Notes: a model not told the origin generated them from the letters alone. DNA of 64,000 bases from an uncultured Candidatus Saccharibacteria bacterium (GCA_964360035.1 CAYHUJ010000001.1:2176-66175); one strand, 5' to 3'. Positions 8,899-18,157 are shown, counted from the stretch's first letter. A program made the numbers and translations.

Positions 8899-11560
8899 AA
8901 GCAAAATAAATCTTCGAATGTTCAATCTTCGGACGTCCGACGTCCGAAGATTGGGGGTGGTGGTTGTTGCGACGCTTGTTTTTATTTTTTATTCCGGCGA
9001 AGTTTCCGCCGCTACGCGTACTTGGGACGGCGGGGGAGCCGATAACAACTGGTCAACGGACGCCAACTGGTCTGGTGATCGGGCCCCGTCTCTCAACGAC
9101 GATGTAGTCTTTGACGGCACTTCGGTGAAGAATTCGGCAATGGACAGCGGGTTGACAATCCTAAGCTTCAATGCCAGCTCCACTTACACCGGAGCGTTGA
9201 GTATCGCCAATGGAAACACCTTGACGGTAACCGGCAACTGGACATATAACGCCGCCAATTTTGACGCCGGCACATCCACGATAAAATTTACCGGCAACAC
9301 TGCTACTTTCACTCCCGGCGCTGTCAATTACTATAATCTTGAAGTGGCAAAACCTAGCAGTGGCTCCGACCTCAATATTTCCGGCACCGCCACCACTACC
9401 AATGATTTAATTATCAGCGCCGCCAACGATGACACCAATAACATCAACACCGGCACCGTCAATGTGGGCCGCAACGTCAGCATTACCAACGCTAATTTCG
9501 GAGGCGGCACGGCAACGGTGAACATGAACGGCTCCGGCAGTCAAAGCGTTTCGTCAAGCGGCGGCTGGCTACCTAATTTTTCCGTGAACAAGTCAGCCGG
9601 CACTCTTAGTTTGATTGGTACTGTTGTAATCGGAGGAAACTACACTCACACCGCCGGCACCGTTGACGCCGGCACTTCCACCCTGAAGTTTGTTGGCGGT
9701 ACCACTACTTTCACTCCCGGCGCTGTCAATTACTATAATCTTGAAGTGGCAAAACCTAGCAGTGGCTCCGACCTCAATATTTCCGGCACCGCCACCACTA
9801 CCAATGATTTAATTATCAGCGCCGCCAACGATGACACCAATAACATCAACACCGGCACCGTCAATGTGGGCCGCAACGTCAGCATTACCAACGCTAATTT
9901 CGGAGGCGGCACGGCAACGGTGAACATGAACGGCTCCGGCAGTCAAAGCGTTTCGTCAAGCGGCGGCTGGCTACCTAATTTTTCCGTGAACAAGTCAGCT
10001 GGCTCCACCACTATTGATAGCAATGTACGGGTGGGCGGGACATTGACGGTTACCGCCGGCGAGCTGCGCCACAACGCTTATACTCTACAAATTGACGGCG
10101 GAACGACGATTTCCTCCGGCGGAACGTTTTCCGATTACGCGACCGCTTCCAGCACGATTAAATTCGGTTCCACGATCACGAACAATGGAACGTTAATTTT
10201 GAACGGCGGAGGAACAAGTTGCGGCGACTTTGACTATGTTCTATTGCGTTCCACCGCCGACGGCACCCAGCGTTCCTGGTCCGGTTCCGGAACCTTCAAC
10301 ATCCAGGATGCCGACCTGAAAGACATGGGAGCAACCAGTGGTACCGTAACAGTTCGCAGCGGCACGAACTCCGGCAATAACGGCGGTTCGTGGACTTTCA
10401 ACTCCAACTGTCTTCCTTCCGCTTCCTTTGACAACGATTTTTCTTCCTGGAGCTCCGGCAACGCTACCGTCAATTACAAACTGATTGACCCCAATTCCGA
10501 CGCGTCCAATATCTCTCAAACGGCCGATTCAGGGATGGAATATTCCGCCGACGGCTCAACTTATTCGGACGCGACGCAGGGAACGGGAGGGGATGGAATG
10601 ACCAGCCTTTCTTCATCCGCCTCGCCCGGAACGTCTCATTCTTTCGCCTGGGCCAGCGCAACCGACCTGCCGAACACTGAAGATCTAACCGTCTATCTGC
10701 GCATTCGTCCCAATGACGGCAGTGAAAACGCTTCCGACTGGGCGACCTCCTCCGCTTTCGCGATTGACAACGTCGCCCCATCTTCCGTCGGCGCCCCGAC
10801 TTTCGGAACAATCACCTCTTCTTCCGTTGAAATCGTCAAGCCGACAGCTGTTACGGAAAACGGCTCCGGCCTCAATACCTGGCAGGCGAGAAGAGATTCG
10901 GCAACTGTCCTTTCCGCCGTCGCCACCACCACGGCTTCCGTCTCCGATTCTTCTTTGTCGGCGAATACCCAATATGCCTATGACGTCCGGTTCGCCGATT
11001 ACGCCGCCAACGCTTCCGCTTACGGGACGTCCGCTTCCAAATACACCCTAGCTCCGACTCCGGCTAATCTGGCCGCCGTCGCGGCAAGAATTTCCATCAC
11101 TCTTTCCGTTGACCAATTCACCAACGATACCGCCGGCTCGTCCGGATACTACTTCGTCAATTCCACCGCCTCCACCACCTCCGGCTGGATCCAGGCGAAC
11201 TTCTGGACCGACACCGGCTTGACCTGCGGCGTTTCCTATTCTTACACGGTCAAACACAGAAACGGCGACGGAACGGAAACGTCAACCGTTTCTCTTGACG
11301 CTTCAGCGTCCGCCTGCCAGTCGGAAACGGCCGCCCGGGTGTCTTACGCGATATCCCCGCTGAGAATTTACGACGCGCCAAAGCCGGAGAAAGTTTTGCC
11401 TATTCCCGCTTCGGAAGTTTATCGGGACAAAGCGACGCGGATCGCCGAGCTGCAAACGCAAATCCGGCAGCTGCAAGCGCGACTTCTGGATCTTTACCGC
11501 TTCCTGCTTCAGGCGTTGATTAAAGAGCTGGAGGAAAGATCGGGACGTATAAATTTTTGA
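8882..11560 (+). CDS. Large secreted surface protein/adhesin: signal peptide, autotransporter-associated beta-strand (PATR-like) motif, tandem beta-rich repeats, FN3-like domains, C-terminal coiled coil
   Basis: MFNLRTSDVRRLGVVVVATLVFIFYSGEVSAA looks like a signal peptide. TRTWDGGGADNNWSTDANWSGDRAPSLNDDVVFDG matches the PATR consensus. T/S/G/N-rich repeats are followed by FN3-like segments. Alternative start ATG at 8918. Confidence 0.7.
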   Translation: MFIWNKSKINLRMFNLRTSDVRRLGVVVVATLVFIFYSGEVSAATRTWDGGGADNNWSTDANWSGDRAPSLNDDVVFDGTSVKNSAMDSGLTILSFNASSTYTGALSIANGNTLTVTGNWTYNAANFDAGTSTIKFTGNTATFTPGAVNYYNLEVAKPSSGSDLNISGTATTTNDLIISAANDDTNNINTGTVNVGRNVSITNANFGGGTATVNMNGSGSQSVSSSGGWLPNFSVNKSAGTLSLIGTVVIGGNYTHTAGTVDAGTSTLKFVGGTTTFTPGAVNYYNLEVAKPSSGSDLNISGTATTTNDLIISAANDDTNNINTGTVNVGRNVSITNANFGGGTATVNMNGSGSQSVSSSGGWLPNFSVNKSAGSTTIDSNVRVGGTLTVTAGELRHNAYTLQIDGGTTISSGGTFSDYATASSTIKFGSTITNNGTLILNGGGTSCGDFDYVLLRSTADGTQRSWSGSGTFNIQDADLKDMGATSGTVTVRSGTNSGNNGGSWTFNSNCLPSASFDNDFSSWSSGNATVNYKLIDPNSDASNISQTADSGMEYSADGSTYSDATQGTGGDGMTSLSSSASPGTSHSFAWASATDLPNTEDLTVYLRIRPNDGSENASDWATSSAFAIDNVAPSSVGAPTFGTITSSSVEIVKPTAVTENGSGLNTWQARRDSATVLSAVATTTASVSDSSLSANTQYAYDVRFADYAANASAYGTSASKYTLAPTPANLAAVAARISITLSVDQFTNDTAGSSGYYFVNSTASTTSGWIQANFWTDTGLTCGVSYSYTVKHRNGDGTETSTVSLDASASACQSETAARVSYAISPLRIYDAPKPEKVLPIPASEVYRDKATRIAELQTQIRQLQARLLDLYRFLLQALIKELEERSGRINF
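8924..8952. repeat. REP-C: AATCTTCGGACGTCCGACGTCCGAAGATT, inside the 5-prime end of the surface-protein ORF (encodes NLRTSDVRRL)
   Basis: Exact reverse complement of REP-A. Confidence 0.8.
9262..10065. repeat. Tandem duplication with a 402-bp period; cores 9303-9597 and 9705-9999 are identical (295 bp)
   Basis: The identical 64-aa antisense ORFs at 9331..9525 and 9733..9927 in the ORF track are offset by 402 nt. The protein repeats a roughly 134-aa unit. Confidence 0.85.
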
Positions 11561-11564
11561 AAAG

Positions 11565-12206
11565 TTATTTCTTACCGGACAGTTTTAATTTGACGATGGC
11601 GATAATGCGGCGCAGATGCGCCGGATTTTTGATCAAATGGATAGCGTTGGGCAGAAGTGAAAGAACGATGATGGCGGCGATAATGGGAACGATGTAGCGG
11701 TCAACGTCGGGAATGACGCTGCCGAGAAAATATCCCAGAACAGTCAGGCCGATTGCCCATAAGACCGCACCAATGACGTTGTAGAATAAAAATTTTGAGT
11801 AAGCCATTTTGCCCACGCCGGCCATAATAGGGGCGAAAGTTCTCACGATCGGCACGAAGCGGGCGAGAATCATCGCCTTGGCGCCGTGTTTTTCGTAAAA
11901 ATCCTTCGTCTGTTCAACGTGATCACGGTTGAAAATTATTGAATCCTCGCGCTCAAACAGCTTTTCCGCCATTTTCCGGCCGAAAACGTAGCCGGCGCTG
12001 TTTCCCAGTATCGCGGCGGAAAAGAAAATGGCGATTAAAATCGGCAGGCTCATCAGCTCTTGTGAGGCGAGGAAGCCGGCGGTGAAAAGCAGGCTGTCTC
12101 CCGGGAAGAAAAAACCGAAAAACAGCCCCGTTTCGGCGAAAATAATGGCGAAAAGGCCGACGTAACCGGCGGTTTTTATCAGCGCGATTAAATCTATGCC
12201 GAACAT
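11565..12206 (-). CDS. DedA/SNARE-associated (VTT-domain) membrane protein
   Basis: Multi-TM protein with the FFPGDSLLFTAGFLA...ARFVPIVRTF pattern. Confidence 0.8.
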   Translation of the reverse strand: MFGIDLIALIKTAGYVGLFAIIFAETGLFFGFFFPGDSLLFTAGFLASQELMSLPILIAIFFSAAILGNSAGYVFGRKMAEKLFEREDSIIFNRDHVEQTKDFYEKHGAKAMILARFVPIVRTFAPIMAGVGKMAYSKFLFYNVIGAVLWAIGLTVLGYFLGSVIPDVDRYIVPIIAAIIVLSLLPNAIHLIKNPAHLRRIIAIVKLKLSGKK

Positions 12207-12812
12207 TTATTTATATTGCTTCAAAATTTGGAAATCTTTTTTCAGTGATTCTTTGGTAAGCGGATTATAAACAGCGACGGCGGGGTGGTAAAGGGGAATA
12301 ACGGCGATTTTTCCGAAGGGCGTTTCCGCTTCAAACGGTCGTCCGTGAATTTTGCCTATCGTCATCGCGTCGTTCCACAGCCCGTATTTTTTCAGAATAT
12401 ACGTCATTGAAAAGCGTCCCAGCGCGGCAATGACTTTCGGCTTGATGATGTCTATTTGCCGGTCTAAAAACGGGGCGTAAGCGGCTATTTCCTCGGGCAG
12501 GGGATCGCGGTTGTTCGGCGGACGGTCTTTGACGATATTGGTGACGTAAACGTCTTGGCGGTCAATGCCGGCGGACGCCAAAAGCTCGTCCAGCACTTTT
12601 CCGGCGGCGCCGCAGAACGGCCGGCCGGTTTTCGCTTCGTTTCTTCCGGGCGCTTCGCCGATAAACATTATTTTGGCGCGGTGATTTCCTTCGCCAATGA
12701 CCGGATAGGCTTTATTTTTGACCCTTTCGGCGTAAAGCGGCGATTTTTGAAAAGCGAACACCTCGTCCCTTATTTTCTTCAGTACTTCCGTTTTGCCCGT
12801 TTCCGCTGCCAT
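12207..12812 (-). CDS. Uracil-DNA glycosylase, family 4-like
   Basis: GEGNHRAKIMFIGEAPGRNEAKTGRPFCGAAG motif. Confidence 0.8.
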   Translation of the reverse strand: MAAETGKTEVLKKIRDEVFAFQKSPLYAERVKNKAYPVIGEGNHRAKIMFIGEAPGRNEAKTGRPFCGAAGKVLDELLASAGIDRQDVYVTNIVKDRPPNNRDPLPEEIAAYAPFLDRQIDIIKPKVIAALGRFSMTYILKKYGLWNDAMTIGKIHGRPFEAETPFGKIAVIPLYHPAVAVYNPLTKESLKKDFQILKQYK

Positions 12813-12887
12813 ACGGCGCTTATTTTATCACTAAACACCGGCGGAAGCCACTACGGAAATGGCAAGCCCCGCTTTTTCGCGGGGCTT

Positions 12888-13133
12888 TCAGTGCGTGTGG
12901 GAAGAAAAAATATCTATATACGTTTTTCTTCCCTCTTTAGTGAAAGAAAATGCCGCCCTTAAAATAAAGCGATGGCCGCACTCGCTTTTTACTTCCACGG
13001 CGACTTTGCTTCGCCCGCTTACTTCATTGATGTCCACCACCGCGAATTCTCCTTGGTGGATGGGGCAGAAAATACAAACCGGATTGTCGTCGTCGTCCAT
13101 CACTACGCCGTCGTTGTTCACTTCCGATGTCAT
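12888..13133 (-). CDS. Small Cys-containing hypothetical protein (81 aa)
   Basis: It sits on the same strand as its neighbours in a 500-bp gap. CIFCP...ECGH pattern. A weak hairpin lies after its stop. Confidence 0.35.
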   Translation of the reverse strand: MTSEVNNDGVVMDDDDNPVCIFCPIHQGEFAVVDINEVSGRSKVAVEVKSECGHRFILRAAFSFTKEGRKTYIDIFSSHTH

Positions 13134-13307
13134 TTCGTCCTCCTACGCTCCTTTCGCGCGTCTCGTTAAAATACTGGCTTTAAGCTACGGTATTCGGCGG
13201 CGGGAGTCAATCAAGGCGGATAAAGTCGGCGGCGCGGCTTCCGTCAATTGGCGAACAGAAGCACGCCGCTCAAGGCGAAAGAAATAATAATGAGGATGAT
13301 GACGGTT

Positions 13308-14321
13308 TTAGCGACGATGTTTTTCGTTTTCATATTTTTTTATTTTTTTTTTGATAATTACGCGCGTTTCGCTTAAATTTTTGACGGCCATCAGCTCGGA
13401 GCGGATTTGTTTGGCGCCGTCAAAACCGGAGGCGTAGGCTTTGAAATGCTTTTTCATTATAGCGAAATTCTTTTTGCCGCGGAAGGTTCTTTGGAACAGA
13501 GAGGCGTGTTCCAGGGCGGCGGCGAGTTTTTCGGCCGGCGATATCGTGGCGGCGCTTATCCGCTCGTTGAAGAGCCATGGATTGCCGAAAATCGCGCGGC
13601 CGATCATTACGCCGTCAACGCCGTATTTTGCCGCTTTTTGCTCGGCGTCGGACATGGCTTGAACGTCGCCGTTGCCGAAAATCAGTGTCCCGCTGCCCCG
13701 GGCGATTTTAACGGCCCTACCGATCGCTTTCCAGTTGGCCGGTACTTTGGACATCTCTTTTCTGGTCCGGCCGTGAACCGTAATGGCGGCCGGTTTCGCC
13801 TCCAGAAGCGCCTTTATCCATTTTAAAACGGCGTTGTCGTTGTAGCCAAGGCGAGTTTTGACGGAGACGGGGAGTCCGCCGGCGCCTTCTTTGGTTGCCG
13901 CGATGATTTTCTTGGCCAGCTCCGGATTTTTCATCAGAGCCGCTCCCGCGCCCTGCTTTTCCACGGCGCGGTCGGGGCATCCCATATTGATGTCTATGCC
14001 GTCAAATCCCAGTCTGGCGGCGAGAGCGGCGCATTTTTTGAAATTTTCCGGATTGGCGCCGAATAACTGAACGACGATCGGCCGTTCCGATTCCGTAAAG
14101 CGCAGGTCCGCCAGCAGTTTCTTTTTTCCCGCCGAACAAAGGCCGTCGCAGGAAACGAATTCCGTGAAAAAAACATCCGGCTTTCCGCGCTCGGCGATCA
14201 TTTGCCGGAAAGGGGAATCGGTAACGTTAGCCATCGGCGCGAGAATCAAAATCGGTTTTTTGAGTTTTGACCAGAAGCCCAAAAAAGGGCGCGCGCCCTT
14301 TTGTTTGCGAGATTTCACCAT
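13308..14321 (-). CDS. dus: tRNA-dihydrouridine synthase
   Basis: LAPMANVTD and INMGCP motifs; FMN TIM-barrel pattern. Confidence 0.85.
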   Translation of the reverse strand: MVKSRKQKGARPFLGFWSKLKKPILILAPMANVTDSPFRQMIAERGKPDVFFTEFVSCDGLCSAGKKKLLADLRFTESERPIVVQLFGANPENFKKCAALAARLGFDGIDINMGCPDRAVEKQGAGAALMKNPELAKKIIAATKEGAGGLPVSVKTRLGYNDNAVLKWIKALLEAKPAAITVHGRTRKEMSKVPANWKAIGRAVKIARGSGTLIFGNGDVQAMSDAEQKAAKYGVDGVMIGRAIFGNPWLFNERISAATISPAEKLAAALEHASLFQRTFRGKKNFAIMKKHFKAYASGFDGAKQIRSELMAVKNLSETRVIIKKKIKKYENEKHRR

Positions 14322-14325
14322 TTCT

Positions 14326-15618
14326 TCAGCGTGAAAGAGCGCCGGCTATCGGCAGGCGGTCGCCTCGCTCTCTGACCAGCGGGCCGCGGGGAGCGAATCG
14401 CGTTTCTTTGTTCAGTTCTATCAGTCTTTCTTCAATGTTTTTTAGCTCCCCGTCAATGTCGTTTTCTTCAAGATATTGACGCACATGCGGTACTGACTCT
14501 TCCGGCTCAATTACTCCGCCTTTTTCGTTTCTACTTTCCGGAATTTCTTCTTTTTCGTCTTTTTCTTCGTTGATTTCGTTTTCGTCGATTTCGCCGTTTT
14601 CGTCCTCAAGAATTTTTTCCACGTGCTTTAACGCTTCTTTAGCCGCTTTAGCTTGTTGTTTCGCCTGTTGAAAATGTCCGGCTTTAAAGGCGTCGTTGGC
14701 GGCGGCAAAGTGCGTCTCAAAAATCTTGAAAGCGTCAGACGGCACGATCAAACCCTTTTCGGCCGCTTCTTTGACGATCTCTTCTTTGGCCGCGGCCGCT
14801 TTGGCTATGGCTCTTTGAGCGTTTTCCCTGGCGTCAATTTCTTTTTCAATTCGTTCCCCCTCCGATTCCACCGCCTCTTCGGCGATTTTTCCGCGTAATT
14901 TAAGGATTTTTCTTTCCGTTTTAATTTTTTCAAGGCGGTTTATCAATTCCTGCGTATCGGCGGCGTTTTCTTTTCGCGCTTCCTCGGCGCTGGTCCGCAG
15001 TTCTTTTTCCGCGCTCTCAAGTTTTTTTTCTTTGGTTCTGACGATCGTTTTCAGTAATTCTTTGCTGCCGTCAAATTTTTCGCCGATTGTTTTGGCGATG
15101 GCGCTGACATCGCGGCCCGTTTCTTTCTCTTTTTCAATGGTGTCGGCGGCGCGGGAAACGTGCTCTTCAAGGCGCAGTAGCGCGATGTCCAATCCGGCCG
15201 GATCCACGCCGTTTTGCCGGAGTATTTCGTCTATTTCTTTGACCCGCTCGGCGGCGAATTTCGTTTGTAGTTCGGCTTTGCGTTCCGCGCCGACGGCGAC
15301 GGCCGCGCGGACTTCTTCCGTGAGCGTTTTGACGGGATAAAGAACGTCTCCGGGAATGCTGTTTTGGGAGGCCATGGCGGCGCTTCCGCCGCCGAAAACG
15401 GCGATGATGGCGAGCGTTAGAATAACGGGCATGGATTTAGTTTTTATTAATTTTATTAATTCGGGGACGGAAACGACCGTGGGGGCGGGGCGCGGATTCA
15501 TTTTCATCTCCGCCTCCAGCCTTTCCCTTAATGATAGCAAAAACCGGCCGTCAACGGAAGCGCGCCTCAAGCTTTTCAATTCTTTGATTATTTTAAATTT
15601 CTCAAACATATCAAACAT
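14326..15618 (-). CDS. Putative anti-sigma factor-like membrane protein (DUF5667-like coiled-coil protein)
   Basis: It is downstream of, and overlaps, the ECF sigma gene. A single TM segment is followed by a long coiled-coil ectodomain. Confidence 0.5.
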   Translation of the reverse strand: MFDMFEKFKIIKELKSLRRASVDGRFLLSLRERLEAEMKMNPRPAPTVVSVPELIKLIKTKSMPVILTLAIIAVFGGGSAAMASQNSIPGDVLYPVKTLTEEVRAAVAVGAERKAELQTKFAAERVKEIDEILRQNGVDPAGLDIALLRLEEHVSRAADTIEKEKETGRDVSAIAKTIGEKFDGSKELLKTIVRTKEKKLESAEKELRTSAEEARKENAADTQELINRLEKIKTERKILKLRGKIAEEAVESEGERIEKEIDARENAQRAIAKAAAAKEEIVKEAAEKGLIVPSDAFKIFETHFAAANDAFKAGHFQQAKQQAKAAKEALKHVEKILEDENGEIDENEINEEKDEKEEIPESRNEKGGVIEPEESVPHVRQYLEENDIDGELKNIEERLIELNKETRFAPRGPLVRERGDRLPIAGALSR

Positions 15619-16108
15619 GGCGGAATTTTTCTTTTAAGGTTTTGATTTCGCGATGGATTATGACGTTGACGTGTCCGGGCGCTTTGCCGGTCAGCACACC
15701 GATTTCTTTCGCGCTCAGGCCGTCAACGTAGCGGTAAAGAACGATTTTCCGCCGCTCGTCGTCAATTTGCGAAAGATGTTTTTCAATCAGGCCGCGAAGC
15801 AGGGATTTTTCGGCGCGCTTTTCCTGTTTCGCTTCTTCCGCCGGCTCCTCGGAAATTTCTTCCAGAGAAACAAAAGCGCGGGGTTTTTGGCGGTAATGGT
15901 CAATTATAAGATTGTCGGCGATTTTATAGAAAAACGCCCGTATGTTTTCAATCTCTTTCCCCGTGGCGGCGTATCGCCAGGCCCTTAGAAACGTTTCCTG
16001 AACGATGTCCTCGGCCGTTCTTCGGTCGCTGACGCGGAAATTGACGTGCCGAAGAATGGCGGGGGCGCACCGGTCGTAAGCGGACAGGAATTTTTCTTCC
16101 ATTCTCAT
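15611..16108 (-). CDS. RNA polymerase sigma-70 factor, ECF subfamily
   Basis: Region 2 (IVQETFLRAWR) and region 4 (LSAKEIGVLTGKAPGHVNVIIHR) patterns. Confidence 0.8.
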   Translation of the reverse strand: MRMEEKFLSAYDRCAPAILRHVNFRVSDRRTAEDIVQETFLRAWRYAATGKEIENIRAFFYKIADNLIIDHYRQKPRAFVSLEEISEEPAEEAKQEKRAEKSLLRGLIEKHLSQIDDERRKIVLYRYVDGLSAKEIGVLTGKAPGHVNVIIHREIKTLKEKFRHV

Positions 16109-16171
16109 TTTCGGGTTCTTGTTATAAAGACGCTGATTTGGCGCGGATATTACGCGCGCCGGCGGCGGACG

Positions 16172-17605
16172 TCAAGAAGCGGTCTCGTTTTCTCTTTTCC
16201 GTTTTTTCATCCAAACAGCCGCGATAATAATGAGCATCAAAATGTTGAGTGTTTTCAAGGGGTGAGCGACGAGGAAAAGAGGGCCGACGCCGCCGGGCAG
16301 ATTAGCCCAGGCGCCGATGCGGCCGACGGCGTTTAAGACGGGAGCTTGCGCGATAGTCACCGCCATCAGAAAAATCATATTCGGTTTGCCGACGGTTTGG
16401 AATATCTTTTCGCCGAAAACGAGGAGGATAATCAGCCAAAAAATCGCCACGTGCGCCCACGAACTCGGGCTTAAATGAAGATTTTCCAGGCCCCGCGGCA
16501 TTCCTTTGTTCGGCGCCGTGCCCGGGTAATTAAGGGGGTCGGGATAGGCGCCGACGTTTAAAGCGCTCGCCGGCTGTTTGTAGGTGACGGTGAGATTCGG
16601 GTCGGTGTCGTAATTAAGGGCCAGATGCGGGCCGACGGAAGCAAAAAGCAGGAGCGCGCCCCAGATGAAAATCAGCGCGCCGCGGACGAAGTGGAAGTGC
16701 GCTCCCCGCGGATTAAGCCCGAACTTTCCCCAGAGAGCCAGCCAGCCCATAACCATCATCGCGAAATAAAGAAGCGAGGGAGCGACCCAGGCGGCGCTGT
16801 GGGTGTTGAAAACGATAAAAACGGAGAAGCCGGCGATGGCGGCGGAAACGGCGACGACTCCCAGCTTGCGGACAATTTCAACAATGGAAAAGCCGGCGCC
16901 GACGGCGCTCATCGCGATGGACGTCATCAGAAGACCGATGGCGAAAAAACCGACGTGGGTATGGAAATTCACCAGCGCGGCGGGCGTAACGGCTTTATGC
17001 TGGAGCGTGAATTGGCCGAGGATGAAAAGTCCGAGAGCGACGGCGACCAGCAGGAAAACGGCGTAGGCGGAAAACGTTTTTCTCGGAACTTCAATTTCGG
17101 AAGCGATGTCGTATTTGGACGCCGGCGCGTTTTCGGCGGTCAAAAAAGGAATTTTAAATCCGGCCGCGAGCAAGCTAACCGCCGTCATCGCCGCGAAAAA
17201 AGAGATTTCCGTCAAAAAACCGAGAAAACCGAACGCGCTGACGTAGAAAGTTCCGACGGAGCCGAAATCAAGAACGAACGACTGAACGGCGTAATGCAGA
17301 ATCATCAAAAGAACGTAAGCGGGAATGACGACGAAACATCCGCCGATGATTATTTTACGAATCGCCGGCTTCAGGGAAATGCTCGGAAGAATCAAAGAGG
17401 CAATCAGTATCACGACAGACCACCAGGAAACGTGGGCGTGAAGAGTTTTTAAATATTGGGGAACGGCCAGGCCTTTAACTAAAAATCCCCAGACGCCGGT
17501 GAGTCCCAAAAGAGGGGCGCCGATTAAAATAGCGGCAAGCGAAGCGGCGAAAAGGGGAACGCTTAATCCCAGTTTTATAGTTCTTGTTTCCATTTTGTAA
17601 TTCAA
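16172..17605 (-). CDS. Polytopic membrane protein (about 12 TM) with His residues in the TM segments
   Basis: Hydrophobicity pattern. HAHVSWW, FHTHVGFF, HFHFVRG and SWAHVAIFW motifs. Confidence 0.55.
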   Translation of the reverse strand: MNYKMETRTIKLGLSVPLFAASLAAILIGAPLLGLTGVWGFLVKGLAVPQYLKTLHAHVSWWSVVILIASLILPSISLKPAIRKIIIGGCFVVIPAYVLLMILHYAVQSFVLDFGSVGTFYVSAFGFLGFLTEISFFAAMTAVSLLAAGFKIPFLTAENAPASKYDIASEIEVPRKTFSAYAVFLLVAVALGLFILGQFTLQHKAVTPAALVNFHTHVGFFAIGLLMTSIAMSAVGAGFSIVEIVRKLGVVAVSAAIAGFSVFIVFNTHSAAWVAPSLLYFAMMVMGWLALWGKFGLNPRGAHFHFVRGALIFIWGALLLFASVGPHLALNYDTDPNLTVTYKQPASALNVGAYPDPLNYPGTAPNKGMPRGLENLHLSPSSWAHVAIFWLIILLVFGEKIFQTVGKPNMIFLMAVTIAQAPVLNAVGRIGAWANLPGGVGPLFLVAHPLKTLNILMLIIIAAVWMKKRKRENETAS

Positions 17606-17611
17606 GGTATT

Positions 17612-18145
17612 TTACCGGCCGATGGCGCTACCGACGAGAATACCGACGGAAATCGCCAAGCCGCCGATGATAGTCATCCGCAAAGCGCTGCGAGCGATGC
17701 TGACGCGGGAAATCCGTCCGCTGAGCACTCCCAAAAGAAGAAGCGCCGAAAGAGAGCATCCGACGGAAATCGGAAGAGCCGCGTCGCCGCTCGTAACGAT
17801 ATAAGGAAGAAGGGGAATAAGGCCGGCGGCAAAATAAGAAAAAAACATTATCAATCCGTCAAAAAACGAGCGGCGGAAAATGTTTTTTGAATCGCCGTTC
17901 GTCCGTTCCTCGTATTCCTCGGCCGAGCTTTCGGAAAGAAAACTGCCCATCGCCATGGAAAACGCCTCAACGAATATCAAAACCATTCCTGTCAAAATGA
18001 TTGTTTCCCGCGGGACGTTTACGGCGGCGATGCCCGAAAGGAGGCCGACCGTGGAAACGAGTCCGTCTTCAACGCCGAAGATGAAATTTCTCAGATAAGA
18101 AGCGGTTATTTCTCTGGGTCTCATCGTATTTATAAAATATATCAT
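17612..18145 (-). CDS. VIT1/CCC1-family putative iron/manganese transporter
   Basis: EDGLVSTVGLLSGIA motif and a C-terminal TM bundle. The ORF-track start at 18373 runs through a terminator palindrome and low-complexity R-rich translation, so the ATG at 18145 (or 18124) is preferred. Confidence 0.6.
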   Translation of the reverse strand: MIYFINTMRPREITASYLRNFIFGVEDGLVSTVGLLSGIAAVNVPRETIILTGMVLIFVEAFSMAMGSFLSESSAEEYEERTNGDSKNIFRRSFFDGLIMFFSYFAAGLIPLLPYIVTSGDAALPISVGCSLSALLLLGVLSGRISRVSIARSALRMTIIGGLAISVGILVGSAIGR

Positions 18146-18157
18146 ATTTCGGCGCGT

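Larger units (their letters stand above)
8155..8952 (+). mobile_element. REPtron-like unit: RAYT gene flanked by inverted REP copies (REP-A / REP-C), with a third REP inside the gene
   Basis: REP-A (centre G) and REP-C (centre C) are reverse complements of each other. They bracket a Y1/HuH transposase gene at 8209..8898. Confidence 0.65.

Noticed and set aside
9331-9927. Two identical 64-aa minus-strand ORFs (9331..9525, 9733..9927)
   Set aside because: They are antisense to the adhesin gene. Their identity only reflects the 402-bp tandem duplication.
10241-11257. Multiple 70-113-aa ORFs antisense or out of frame within the adhesin gene
   Set aside because: These are frame artefacts of a long GC-rich repetitive gene.
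16625-17452. 275-aa ORF on the plus strand, antisense to the membrane protein gene
   Set aside because: The translation is low-complexity (R/G/D-rich), typical of antisense frames in GC-rich genes. The sense-strand gene has a clear TM profile.
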